Of a stretch of 64,000 nt of DNA, positions 10,750 to 22,444 are shown piece after piece. Where the stretch lies: IMG/VR virus record IMGVR_UViG_3300032007_000013; one strand, written 5' to 3'. The notes beneath the pieces were generated by a model, which did no database searches, was not told the origin of the DNA, and saw only the letters and a program-made list of their open reading frames with translations. Both the position numbers and the translations under genes were made by a program. The DNA comes from a virus (lineage: Duplodnaviria; Heunggongvirae; Uroviricota; Caudoviricetes). Numbering within the stretch: the stretch's first letter is position 1; each line of letters begins with the position of its first letter.

Positions 10750-11840
10750 AAACCTATAATAAAAAAGAAGTCCGTGAGAAGCTCGGTATTGAACAAATAC
10801 ACGAGCTTCTTGTTGAATGGGGCGGAGAACCAGAATATTCTAGTTTTGGGCTAATAGCGGCTACTATATGTCATAATCCGCCAGGAGAAGGAAGTCGTAA
10901 ATTATATTATTACAGTAATACAGATTTGTTCTAGTGTTATACTGGATGCGGCAGTTTTGATATTTTTCAATTAGTAGTAAAAGTAGCTAAAATCCAATGG
11001 GGTAAAGAATATGATTTAAATGATGCTGTTCGATATATTGCTATTAGATTTGGTCTTGCTGGAGAAGTAGAGATTGAAGATGATAGTCTTATTGACTGGA
11101 AAGCATTTAATAATTATGATAGATTAGAAAATATAGATATAAAAGATTATCATACTACTTTAAAAGAATATGATACTAATATCTTAAAAAATTTAAATTA
11201 TAATGTGATAATTGAGCCTTGGTTAAAAGAAGGTATCACTGAATCAGTTATGAAAAGAGCGAATATAGGATATTTCCCGCCAACAGCTCAAATTACAATC
11301 CCACATTATGATATAGATGGACGTTTTATTGGACTTCGAGGACGCTTTTTATGTCAACCAGATATTGATATGTATGGAAAATATAGACCGATGATGATTG
11401 GTAAAAAATAGTTTAATCATCCTCTTGGTATGAATTTATACAATTTAAATAATTGTAAAGATAATATTAGAAAAATTAAAAAAGCTATTATTTTTGAAGG
11501 TGAAAAATCTGCTTTAAAATATATTTCTTATTTTGGAGAAGAAAATGATATAGCAGTTGCTTGTTGTGGTTCTAATATTTCTGCTTATCAAATGTAGTTA
11601 TTATTAGATTGTGGAGTAAAAGAAATCGCAATTGCTTTTGATAGACAATTTCAAGCTATTGATGATGAAGAATTTAAACACTTAACAAATAATTTAACTA
11701 AAATTAATGAAAGATATAAAAATTATGTAGATATATCTTTTGTTTTTGATAAGAAAATGATTACTGGATATAAAGATGCTCCAATTGATAAAGGACCGGA
11801 GGTTTTTATGGAGTTATGGAAAAAAAGAATAAAATTATAA
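10746..11840 (+). CDS. dnaG: DNA primase (Zn finger + TOPRIM) (364 aa)
   Basis: ICHN...QCYTGC zinc domain, TIPHYD..G..IG.RGR, IIFEGEKS, IAFDRQ TOPRIM motifs. Confidence 0.88.
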
Positions 11841-12070
11841 TTTGTCCTAATTGTGGTAATGAATGTTTTTATTTATATGATGAATGGGGCCGTACTCCAT
11901 GGCATTTACATTGTGATACATGTAGAATAAATATTGGTGGAGATAATTTTTAGTTTTGCGAAACTCTATTAAAAGATTACCATCAACCTAATACATATTT
12001 AGAATATTATAATAAAAAAATTCATTTTTTATGGATTGATAAAAAAGAAATTATCCCTTGGGAGGACTAA
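11816..12070 (+). CDS. Small zinc-ribbon protein (84 aa)
   Basis: MEKKNKIIICPNCGNEC...LHCDTCRINIGG. Confidence 0.6.
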
Positions 12071-12071
12071 T

Positions 12072-12359
12072 ATGGTAGGAATAATTTTTTATAAAAATTA
12101 GGCAAATGGGAAATGGCAATTTAAGAAAATAATTGAAAATTATAAACAATTAAATATAGAAGCAGTTAAAATAAAAACTGATGAAGTAGAATTTGAAAAT
12201 GGAGATTCGTGGTACGTAGTTCCATTTTCTCTTAGTATAGTAGGTAGAAGATGCAATATAGCTTATGTTGAATGGAGTATAAGTAAACAAGAGATTTATA
12301 CTATAATTGAACCAATGCTAACTTTAAAACCATATACCGCTATGCATATATTTTATTAA
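12072..12359 (+). CDS. Hypothetical protein (95 aa)
   Basis: GGAGG RBS; MVGIIFYKNQANGKWQF...MHIFY*. Confidence 0.65.
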
Positions 12360-12384
12360 AAAAGAAATGAAGTGAAAATTATAG

Positions 12385-14151
12385 TTGGAATATAAATTAA
12401 TTGCTCCAATGCGAGATAATACTTCGTTATTGGAATAGATATTATATAATAGAGGATTTTAGTCTATTGAAGAAATATAGCATTATTTATCCGTAGATGA
12501 AAATGATTTAATTGACCCATTAATGCTTGATAATATGCGAGATGGCGTTAAAATGTTAATTAAGCATATTGATTATAGTGACGATGCTATTATTTTAATT
12601 GATGCTGATACAGATGGTTATACTAGTGCTGCTATTCTTTTAAATTATTTAAATAGATTATTCCCGTCTTGGGTATAGAGCCATGTGAGTTATTATACTC
12701 ATAATGAAAAATCTCATGGATTATAGGACCAAAATATCAGTAGTTATTTAGAAAAGAATATTAGATTAGTTTTAATCCCCGATGCGGCCAGCAATGATTA
12801 TGAATAGCATCGATGGTTAAAAGAACATGGTATTGATTGTTTAATTTTAGATCATCATGAAGCAGATGACGGTTATTCTCAAAATGCTTGCGTAATTAAT
12901 AATTAGTTATCTACAAATTATTATAATAAATCATTTTGCGGTGCTGGCATTGTTTATAAATTTTGTTGTTATATTGATAAATTAATGGGAACTAATTATG
13001 CTATTGATTATGAAGATTTAGCAGCTCTTGGAAATATTGCTGATATGATGGATACTAAATCTTTTGAAACTCATTTTATTATTAAAGATGGTCTGTAGCG
13101 TATAAGAAATCCATTTTTTATTGAAATGATGAATAGACAAAAATATTAGTTTGAAGGTGGAATAACTCCCATTGGAATTGCATTTTATGTAGTTCCATAT
13201 ATAAATGCCATGACACGATCTGGAACAATTGAAGAAAAAATTTTAATGTTTGAAGCTATGCTTGAATGGAAAAGTAATCTATTAGTTCCTTCAACCAAAA
13301 GAGGATGTAAAGGATAGGTTGAACCTATTCATGAGTAGGCTGGACGAACTTGTGTTAATGTTAAAAGTAGATAGAAACGCAGTCAAGATGCTAGTTTAGC
13401 ATATGTAGAAAATTTAATTCAAGAATAGAATTTATTAGAACATAAAATTTTAATTGTTAGAGTGCCAGAAGAAATGGTTGATAAAAATCTTGCCGGATTA
13501 ATAGCAAACTAGTTAGCATCAAAGTATGCCCGACCGGCATTGGTATTACGGATTTTAGATGATGGAGATGGCGGATATACCTATGCTGGTTCAGGTCGTA
13601 ATTTTGGTAAATCAAGACTTGAAAATTTACGAGATTTCTGTAATCAAACTGGTTATATTATTTATGCTTAGGGGCATCCATCGGCATTTGGTATCGCTAT
13701 TAAAGATAAATGGTTTAATGAATTTGTTGAAAAAACAGATGAATTATTAAAAGATTTTGACCCTTCTCCTTGTTATTCAGTTGACTTAGAAGTTACAGTT
13801 GAGCAACTTACTGATTTAGAAGTATTTGCTATTGGTTCAAATGCTGATTTATGGGGGTAGGGCATGGATGAACCATTGATCGCCATCACAAATATTAAAA
13901 TTGATAGTGATGGTGTAAATTATATGGGTTCAAATAAAGATACATTAAAATTAACATTCCCAGGCAGAAAAACAAGTATGATTAAATTTCATATTAAAGA
14001 AGAGGATAAAGAATTATTAGACACCAAAGGTGGAACATTAACTCTTACTGCTATTGGGAAATGTGCTTTAAATCATTATAATGGTAACGTAACTCCATAG
14101 ATTTTATTAGAAGACTTTGAAATAACAAAAAGGACACAATGGGATTTTTAA
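12385..14151 (+). CDS. recJ: RecJ-like single-stranded DNA exonuclease, DHH family (588 aa, TTG start)
   Basis: DADTDGYTS, LIPDAAS, ILDHHE, LGNIADMMD, GSGR and QGHPSAFG motifs; many TAG=Q. Confidence 0.9.
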
Positions 14152-14154
14152 GAT

Positions 14155-14640
14155 ATGAAAGAAAATGATTTTTATACTAGTGAAGAGGTTCCTGTATTTT
14201 AGATATTTATAAATATTAATAATATTTCTAATTTAAAATGTTGTAAACCATATAATATAATTTATAATTTAGACGCTGGGATTATTGAATGTTCCACTAA
14301 ACATTCAATCTCTTCAGATCGAAAAACTAATAAAGAAGTTAGTACTTACACTTTAAAAATGGCTTATCTTCCAGAGCATTTTATTGAAGATGTATCATTC
14401 TTTGGAATATGGGATGAAATTTTAATTAAAGAATATCACAAGACTTTTAAACATGCAATAAATAAATTAGAAGAGGAAGATAAATTTTATGATATTATTT
14501 TTCCTACAATAGAGATAGAAGAATATTACAATAGGTCTGGTGACACAGAATATAAAATTATTATTACTGGCAGAAAAGAGATAAGTAATAAAACTTCATT
14601 TATTAAGGATATAAATTCTTTAATCTGCTCGGGGCGCTGA
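14155..14640 (+). CDS. Hypothetical protein, paralog of 25868-26242 (161 aa)
   Basis: Shares KTNK...K(M/V)A.LPE, IKE.H and YKIIITGR with the 25868 ORF. Confidence 0.7.
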
Positions 14641-14694
14641 TGGTGGCTTCATTCGACATCTGAAATTAAAATTGCTTTTAGAAATTTTTTATGT

Positions 14695-14759
14695 AAATAA
14701 CGGTTACTATAATTTTTCAGTAAAAATGATAAAATGGAAAATTTTGGTAGCCGTTATTT
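14695..14759. repeat. 15-bp imperfect inverted repeat
   Basis: AAATAACGGTTACTA ... TGGTAGCCGTTATTT (two G-U positions), 35-nt spacer. Confidence 0.65.
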
Positions 14760-14763
14760 TTAT

Positions 14764-14792
14764 TTGACAATATTAAATTATTATGATAAAAT
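14764..14792 (+). promoter_or_regulatory. Sigma70/SigA promoter with extended -10
   Basis: TTGACA-N17-TAAAAT with TG at the extended -10 position. Confidence 0.7.
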
Positions 14793-14913
14793 ATATATGA
14801 GAAAATAATAAGGTGATGAAAAATGGTAAATAATATAAAATTTGCTTTAACATTTGATGCTACAAAAGCTATAGGCTAGATTTTAGCAATATTAAGAGAG
14901 TTGAGAAAATATA

Positions 14914-15240
14914 ATGACAAATAATGATTACGAAAAAGCGATAGAAATAACAGAACAATTATTAGATATGATTTAGGTAGACAATTGGCTTTTACCTAAT
15001 TATCATAAAAAAGATATTCATGATATTATGTAGGATATTGAAGATGATATAGAAATTATCAGAGATGTCTATGAAATAAAAAATTTTATGGATAAACATA
15101 ATGATATTTTTGAAGGAATGATTTTTAATTGGATGGGTTCTGATGAATTTTTACAATATTGTCAAAAACGTTATCCTCAAATCAAATGGCGTACAGAAAT
15201 TATTGAGCGAACTTATATTGTAAGTGTAGGAGAGGACTGA
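14914..15240 (+). CDS. Hypothetical protein (108 aa)
   Basis: MTNNDYEKAIEITEQLLDMIQVDNW...VSVGED*. Confidence 0.65.
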
Positions 15241-15286
15241 CAATTTATTGTTGGCTAAAATTTTTGGACATATCTAACAATTTTAA

Positions 15287-15323
15287 TTTATAGTATTTTT
15301 ATATAATATGAAAATACTATAAA
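15287..15323 (+). promoter_or_regulatory. 13-bp hairpin abutting the RBS of the HNH gene
   Basis: TTTATAGTATTTT-N11-AAAATACTATAAA directly joined to AAAGGAGA. Confidence 0.65.
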
Positions 15324-15336
15324 GGAGATAATAAAA

Positions 15337-15837
15337 ATGATTAAATAGTGTGTAGTATGTGGGAAAGAGTTCGAGTGTAAAAGATCTACCGCAAAATATT
15401 GTTGTCGTCAATGCGAAAATCAAGCAAGAGCTAAAAGAATTAGAGAGAAACAATAGTTAAATGAAATTGATAAATATTGTTTAATTTGTGGTAAACCATT
15501 TCGTCCAAAATCTGGTGCTGCTAATCAAAGAACCTGCTGCTATGATTGTATGCCAGATGGAGTACAGTTAGGTAGAAGTGGATTTTTAGATTTATTACGA
15601 AAAGCACGAGGAGGACAATGTTAGCGATGTGGTTATAATAATTATTTAGGAGCATTAGATTTCCATCATATAAATCCAACAGAAAAAGATTTTACAATAG
15701 GAAATAGAGATTATAAATTAAAAGAATGTGTAGAAGAAACAAAAAAATGTGTGTTATTATGTTCCAATTGTCATCGTGAGATTCATGCTGGTCTATGGGA
15801 TATAAAAGAAATTTTAAATAAAAAGGAAAAAAAATAA
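15337..15837 (+). CDS. Free-standing HNH homing endonuclease with zinc-finger N-terminus (166 aa)
   Basis: CVVCGKEF..C...C and CLICGKPF repeats; CQRCGYNNYLGALDFHHINP...LLCSNCHREIH. Confidence 0.88.
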
Positions 15838-15840
15838 ATT

Positions 15841-17119
15841 ATGGAAAATATTACATTAACAAATAAACAAGAGGAGGCGTTAAAATTAGCAGTAGCCAGA
15901 TACCAACTAGGGATGCCCTATACGGTAATTTCTGGCTACGCTTAACGCAGGTAGCGGAAAATCAACTTTAGTTAAATTTATTATTTCTGCTTTAAATCTT
16001 CCTCCAGAAAAAGTAGCATATGTAGCGTATACAGGGAAGGCGGCTAATGTTTTAAAAAATAAAGGATGTCAAAATGCTACTACTGCTCATAAATTATTAT
16101 ATTATGCTACAAAAAATAAAGAAGGAAAATTTATTTTTAAGCCAAAAGAACGATTAGATGCTGATTATGAATTAATTGTAGTAGATGAAGTTTCTATGTT
16201 ACCTGAAGAATTGTGGTATTAGTTATTATCACATGGAATTTATGTATTAGCAATGGGAGATCCTGGATAGTTACCTCCAGTAAAATCTAATGCGGCTCCA
16301 ATACTTGAAAAACCACATATATTCCTTGATGAAATAATGCGACAAGCACAAGAAAGTGCTATTATTCGTTTATCTATGCATATTCGAGAAGGAAAAGATT
16401 TCGCTTCATTCCCGATTGTCAGTGGAGAAGTTCGTATTATTCCTCATAGATATTTATTTAATGATGAAGATATAACTCTCCTACAAGCATCACAAGTAAT
16501 TTGTGGAACAAATAAAGAGCGTAATAGACTTAATAATCGTATTCGATTTTTACAAGGCCGAAGTGAAGTTCCAGAAGTTGGTGATAAATTAATAGGGCTT
16601 GATAATCATTGGGATTGTATCAGCGTGGCCGGTAATGCCTTAACTAATGGTGCTATTGGAACAACTCCTGGTTATATTTTAAAAGAATAGACTTATAATA
16701 AAAATAATATTAAATTTAAAGATTTTCCAGATTCTACTACATTAATGTGGACTAAATTTTATACAGAAGATGGAGATAATTTTGAAACAGAAATTCCTAT
16801 TGATTATAATTGTTTAATAACAGGAGATCCGTCATTAGATTCTAAACAAGAAGCAACATTATCTATTTATCAAAAGAATTTAATTAGTAGAAGTATGAAA
16901 AATTTAAGTTTTGATCCATTTCTTTATTGGAAAGAAATTCCATATCATTTTAATTATGGTTATGCTATTACTTGTTGGAAAGCATAGGGTAGCGAGTATC
17001 CTTATGTATTAGGGTATGACTGTAGTTGGTTAAAGAAAAAAGATCCTGAACAATATAAAAAATATATGTATACTCTTTGCACCCGCGCTTCAGAAGCCGT
17101 AATTTTAGTAGGAGATTAA
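15841..17119 (+). CDS. Dda/RecD-like SF1B helicase with a 7-nt insertion in Walker A
   Basis: MENITLTNKQ...ISGYA[TAACGCA]GSGKST; AYTGKAA, VVDEVSM, GDPGQLPPV, YGYAITCWKAQGSEY, YTLCTRAS. Confidence 0.88.
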
Positions 17120-17120
17120 A

Positions 17121-17300
17121 ATGACTAATTTTACAGAAGATTTTAACAATATTTTTAATGGATTATAGTCTCTTCGAAATCATCTTGAAGTTGAATTAAA
17201 TAATTTAAATTAGCGTATAAGTTATTTAGAATATAAACAAAATCAAGATGATGAATTTTATAAAGATTTAGAACTTTTAATTCAAAAGAGGAATAAATAA
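17121..17300 (+). CDS. Small coiled-coil hypothetical protein (59 aa)
   Basis: GGAG RBS; open with TAG=Q. Confidence 0.55.
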
Positions 17301-17301
17301 A

Positions 17302-17484
17302 ATGGGGATTGAAATTACTCAAGAATTATTAGATGAAATAAATATATTTTTAAATACAAGGGCAGTTTAGGTTTTAAATGATGATGCTGAATTAAGCTTT
17401 TCTGCTATGGCTTTTGTTTTACAAAGTATAGTGTCTGCTGTTGATGAAGCGCAGGAAGAACTTGACAAAAAAGAAAAAATGTGA
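17302..17484 (+). CDS. Small hypothetical protein (60 aa)
   Basis: GAGG RBS; MGIEITQELLDEIN...LDKKEKM*. Confidence 0.55.
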
Positions 17485-17490
17485 TACAAT
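17462..17490 (+). promoter_or_regulatory. Sigma70/SigA promoter
   Basis: TTGACA-N17-TACAAT with TG at the extended -10 position. Confidence 0.75.
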
Positions 17491-17492
17491 AT

Positions 17493-17555
17493 ACATAGAG
17501 ATTATAATAATATAAGAAAAAAATTTTTGGACGAATACTATTATAATCTCTATGT
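17493..17555. repeat. Perfect 17-bp inverted repeat upstream of the endonuclease gene
   Basis: ACATAGAGATTATAATA ... TATTATAATCTCTATGT; the spacer contains AAATTTTTGGAC. Confidence 0.8.
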
Positions 17556-17591
17556 GATTTTTCAAATCTTTATGAAGGAGTGAATAATATA

Positions 17592-18503
17592 ATGAAAATG
17601 ATAGATTTAACTAATTAGAGATTTGGAAAATTATTAGTATTAGAAAGAGATTATAATTATCCACATAAAGGAACATATTGGAAATGTAAATGTGATTGTG
17701 GTAATTATATTACTGTTAGAAAAGATTAGTTAACTAAAACAAATCCAAAAACCAGTTGTGGTTGTGATTTAAGTGAAAAAAATTCAAAGGCTCATTTAAA
17801 AAATGAAGTAGGGAATAAATATGGATACTTAACTGTTTTAAAACGAGTACCAGATTTACGGAAAGGAGAAGCAAGATGGTTATGTCAATGTGATTGTGGC
17901 AATACTTGTGAGGTATCTGGATTACATTTACGGAATGGTACAGTCTAGTCTTGTGGATGTAAGAAATTTGAAAGTAAAAATAGTATTGAAGAAATACCTG
18001 GTACTAAATATGGAAATTTAACAGTTATGTATAAAAGTAATTTTAAAAAAAATGGCAAAATATATTGGCATTGTAAATGTGATTGCGGCAATGAGTGTGA
18101 TGTTTTAGGAACATATTTAAGAAATGGAATTAGTTCTCATTGCGGATGTAAAAAAAGTGCTGGTGAAATAAAAATTATGAAACTATTAGTAGATGCTAAT
18201 ATAAGTTTTAAAAGAGAATATACCTTCCCTGATTTAATAGGTGATGGTGGAAATAGATTAAGATTTGATTTTGGAATTTTTGATGATAATGATAATTTAT
18301 CTTATTTAATTGAATATAATGGAAAACAACATTATGATTAGGAGTGTTTTGATTAGACTAATGAATAGTTTACATTATTACAAAAATATGATAAAATGAA
18401 AAAAGAATATTGTAAATAGAGAAATATTCCATTAATTATTTTAGATTATACTCAATTAACTAAAATAACATTAAAAGATTTAATCTATAAAGAGGGTGAT
18501 TAA
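17592..18503 (+). CDS. Free-standing homing-type endonuclease: three CxCDCG...CGC repeats + PD-(D/E)XK/Vsr-like domain (303 aa)
   Basis: RFGKLLV..WKCKCDCG..SCGC repeated three times; C-terminal LRFDF...IEYNGKQHY...DKMKKEYC..RNIPLI. Confidence 0.82.
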
Positions 18504-21500
18504 TATAAATACTCAGATTTCGACTTATTTTGATTGTCATGCTCACACTGAGTATTCTTAAATTTAATATAAGATTAATTGACTGTATCAATCATCCAAA
18601 AGACTTAATTAATAGAGCGATTGAAATAGGGCTTAGTGGATGTAGTATAACTGACCACGAGGCTCTATGTTCGCATATGATTGTTAATAAGTATGCTAAG
18701 GAAATAAAAGAAAAATATCCTGACTTTACAATCGCATTAGGTAATGAAATTTATCTTACAGATACGAGAGATAAAGGACAAAAATATTATCACTTTATTT
18801 TATTGGCAAAGGATAGATTAGGATATAAAGGTCTTTGTGAATTAAGTTCAACTGCTTGGTATAATGTTTATGTTGATAGACGACTTGAAAGAGTACCAAC
18901 ATTAAAAAATGAACTTAAAGAAATTATGAAAAAATATAAAGGTCATATAATTGCGACAACTGCTTGTATGGGCGGCGAATTATCTACAAATTTATATGGC
19001 TTAGCATTAGCAAGAAAAAATCAAGATAAAACAATGGAAATGGCATACTATAATAGTGCTGTTGAATTTATAAATTTTTGTATTGACGTTTTTGGAAAAG
19101 AAGATTTTTATATTGAGTGTGCCCCAAGTACAAAGCCAGATTAGGTAATTGTAAATAAACAATTATTAAATGTTGCTCATGCATTTGAATTAAAAATGGT
19201 TGTAGGGACAGATGCTCATTATCTCAAAAAAGAAGATAGATATGTTCATAAATCATATTTGAATTCAAAGCAAGAAGAACGTGAAGTTGATGATTTTTAT
19301 GAATATGCTTATATGCAATCACCAGAAGAGGTAAGAGAACATTTAAGTGCCTCAATGAGCGATAGAGATATTGATTGGATATTTGAAAATTCATTAGAAG
19401 TCAAAAATAAAATAGATTTTTATAGTCTTGAAAAACATCAGCATATTCCAGAAGTAAGAGTAAAAGAATACAGTAAAGATTGTTGGAAATATATCCATAT
19501 TAACTTTAATGAATATCCAATTTTAAAACAATTATTTATAAGTGATAATGTTCAAGAACGATATTGGGTTAATGAATGTATTGATGCTCTAATTTTAAAA
19601 GGATTAATAGATGATAAAAGATATTTAGATAGACTTGAAGAGGAAGCACGAGTAAAAAGAGTCATTGGAGAAAAACTTGAAACTTGTATGTTCGCATATC
19701 CAAATACTCTTCAACATTATATTGATTTGTTTTGGCGATGTGGCAGTACAGTTGGAGCAGGTCGTGGCTCAGCATGTTCGGGTCTAAACCATTATCTTTT
19801 AGGAGTAACTCAACTAGATCCAATTAAGTGGAATTTACCATTCTGGCGTTATCTTAATGATGAACGTGTTGAATTAGGTGATATTGACTTAGACCTAGCT
19901 CCAAGTAAACTTCCAAAAATTTTTGAAGAAATTCGCAAAGAACGTGGGGAATTAGGTATTGTTCAAGTTTGTACTTTTGGTACAGAAGCAACTAAATCTG
20001 CGGTTTTAACTGCGTGCCGTGGTTATAGAAGTGAAGAATACCCAGATGGTATCGACGTTGATGATGCTCAGTATATTTCATCATTAGTACCACAAGAGCG
20101 TGGATTTTTGTGGGATTTACATGATATGATTGAAGGTAACCCTGATAAAGGCAGATTACCGCAAAGACAATTTATTAATACAGTAAATCAATATCCAGGT
20201 CTTTTGGATATTATGAAAGGTATTGAAGGACTAGTATCTCGTCGAGGAATTCATGCCTCTGGTGTTATTTTATTTGATGAAGATATATTTAGTGAAGCAG
20301 CTATTATGCGAGCGAGGAATGGAAATTTAACGACTCAATGGGACTTACATGACCAAGAATCTGCTGGTAGTGTTAAGTATGACTTTCTTTTAACCGCAGT
20401 TCAAGATATTATTATTGAAACAATAGATTTACTTCAAGCAGATGAAGTAATAGATCCAACTTTATCTTTAAGACAAGTATATAATAAATATTTACACCCA
20501 AATGTAATTCCGCAAGATGATCCAAAAATATGGGACGCATTAGCAAAAGGTAGTGTGTTAGGAGTATTTTAGTTTGAAGGTTCTGTTGGAGCACAGGCGG
20601 CTAAAAAAATTAAACCATAGAATCCGTTGGAAATGGCTGATGCAAATGGATTAATGCGACTTATGGCAAGTGAACCAGGGGCAGAAATGCCACTTGATAA
20701 ATATGTTCGTTATAAAAATGATATTAATCAGTGGTATATGGAAATGGACAGATGTGGATTAACAAAAGAAGAGCAAAAAGCAATTGAACCACATTTTAAA
20801 TCTTCATATGGTGTCCCACCAAGTCAAGAGCAGTTAATGCGAATGTTAATGGATGAAAATATTTGTGGTTTTACATTGGCAGAAGCAAATGCGGCTCGTA
20901 AAATTGTTGGTAAAAAACAAATGTCTAAAATTCCCGGATTAAAAGAAAAAGTATTAACATCTGCGAAATCTCCAAAATTAGGTGCTTATATTTGGAAATA
21001 TGGGGCCGGCCCGCAGATGGGTTATTCATTCTCGATTATTCATGCCTTGGCTTATTCATTTATTGGTATGCAAACCTTATATCTTGGAGTTTATTATCCA
21101 GTATATTGGAATACCGCATATTTAATTGTTAATAGTGGAGCATTAGGCGGTGATGAAGATGATGATGGAGATAAACAAGATGGGACAGATTATAAAAAAA
21201 TCGCAAAAGCAATTGGACAAATTAGAGCGGCTGGCATTCAAGTAAGTTTAGCAGACATTAATCGTTCTGAATTTGGATTTGTCCCAGACCCAGAAAATAA
21301 TCAAATTCTTTTTGGGATGAAAGGTATGTTAAATGTTGGTGATGATATTATTGAAGAAATTATTTCACATCGACCTTACGTATCTCCAAGAGATTTTATT
21401 AATAAAGTAAAACCAAATAAACAAGTTATGATTTCTTTAATTAAAGGTGGAGCTTTTGATAACTTAATGGATCGAAAAGAATGTATGGCTTGGTATTTAT

Positions 21501-22417
21501 GGGAAAATTGTGATAGGAAAAAAAGAATTACTTTATAGAATATGGCTGGATTAATGAAGTATCAATTAGTTCCAGAAGATACTGATGAAAGAATAATGGC
21601 TCGTAGGGTATATGAATTTAATAGATATTTAAAAGCTATTACAATTCCTGCTAATAAATTAAAACCATATTATGTATTAGACGAACGAGCATTAGCATTT
21701 TTATTAAATACTGGAAAAGAAGAATTAATTTGTCAAAATGGTGATTGGTACTGTTTATTAAAGGCTGATTGGGATAAAATCTACCAAACATAGATGGATG
21801 TATTTCGTAAATGGATTGCAGAAAATCATGATTAGATATTAGCTACTTTAAATAAACTAATATTTATGGATGAATGGAATAAGTATGCGAAAGGAACTAT
21901 TTCTGCTTGGGAAATGGAAGCTTTATGTTTTTATTATCATGACCATGAATTAGCAAATATTAATAATTCAAGATATGGTTTTGTAGATTTTAATAAATTG
22001 CCAACTGAACCTGAAATAGATAGAACATTTACAAAAGGTGGTCGCACAATTAATTTATATAAATTGTATAAAATATGCGGGACTTGTATAGCAAAAAATA
22101 AAAATAAAAGCACCGTAACTTTATTAACAACTACTGGTGTAGTAGATGTTAAATTTAAAAAAGAATATTTTGCTTTATTTGATAAACGTATTTCTGCTAA
22201 AGGTGAAGATGGGAAAAAACATATTATTGAAAAGTCTTGGTTTGATCGTGGAAGTATGATTATCGTATAGGGCATTAGATTAGATGATATGTTTGTATCA
22301 AAAAAATATGCTTCTTCTGGCGGGCATCAATTATATAAAATTGATGAAGTAGTCGATGATGAAATTAAAATCAGAACTACTCGTGCCCAAGGTGATGAAG
22401 AAGATGACGATGATTAA
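18496..22417 (+). CDS. dnaE: DNA polymerase III alpha subunit (DnaE) with a 7-nt insertion after the PHP HxH motif (~1300 aa)
   Basis: YFDCHAHTEYS[TAAATTT]NIRLIDC; ITDHE, GTDAHY, GAGRGSA, DIDLD, GIHASG, KYDFL, GVFQFE, YSFSIIHALAYS. Start is GTG 18496 or a nearby ATT/ATA behind GAGGGTG. Confidence 0.93.
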
Positions 22418-22444
22418 TTGAAATGTTTATTAGGAGAAAAATAT

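Noticed and set aside
15943-15949. Group I intron at the helicase or dnaE insertion
   Set aside because: The inserts begin with TAA after a U, like some phage introns, but are only 7 nt, lack a terminal G and have no catalytic core. An intron-remnant origin cannot be excluded.
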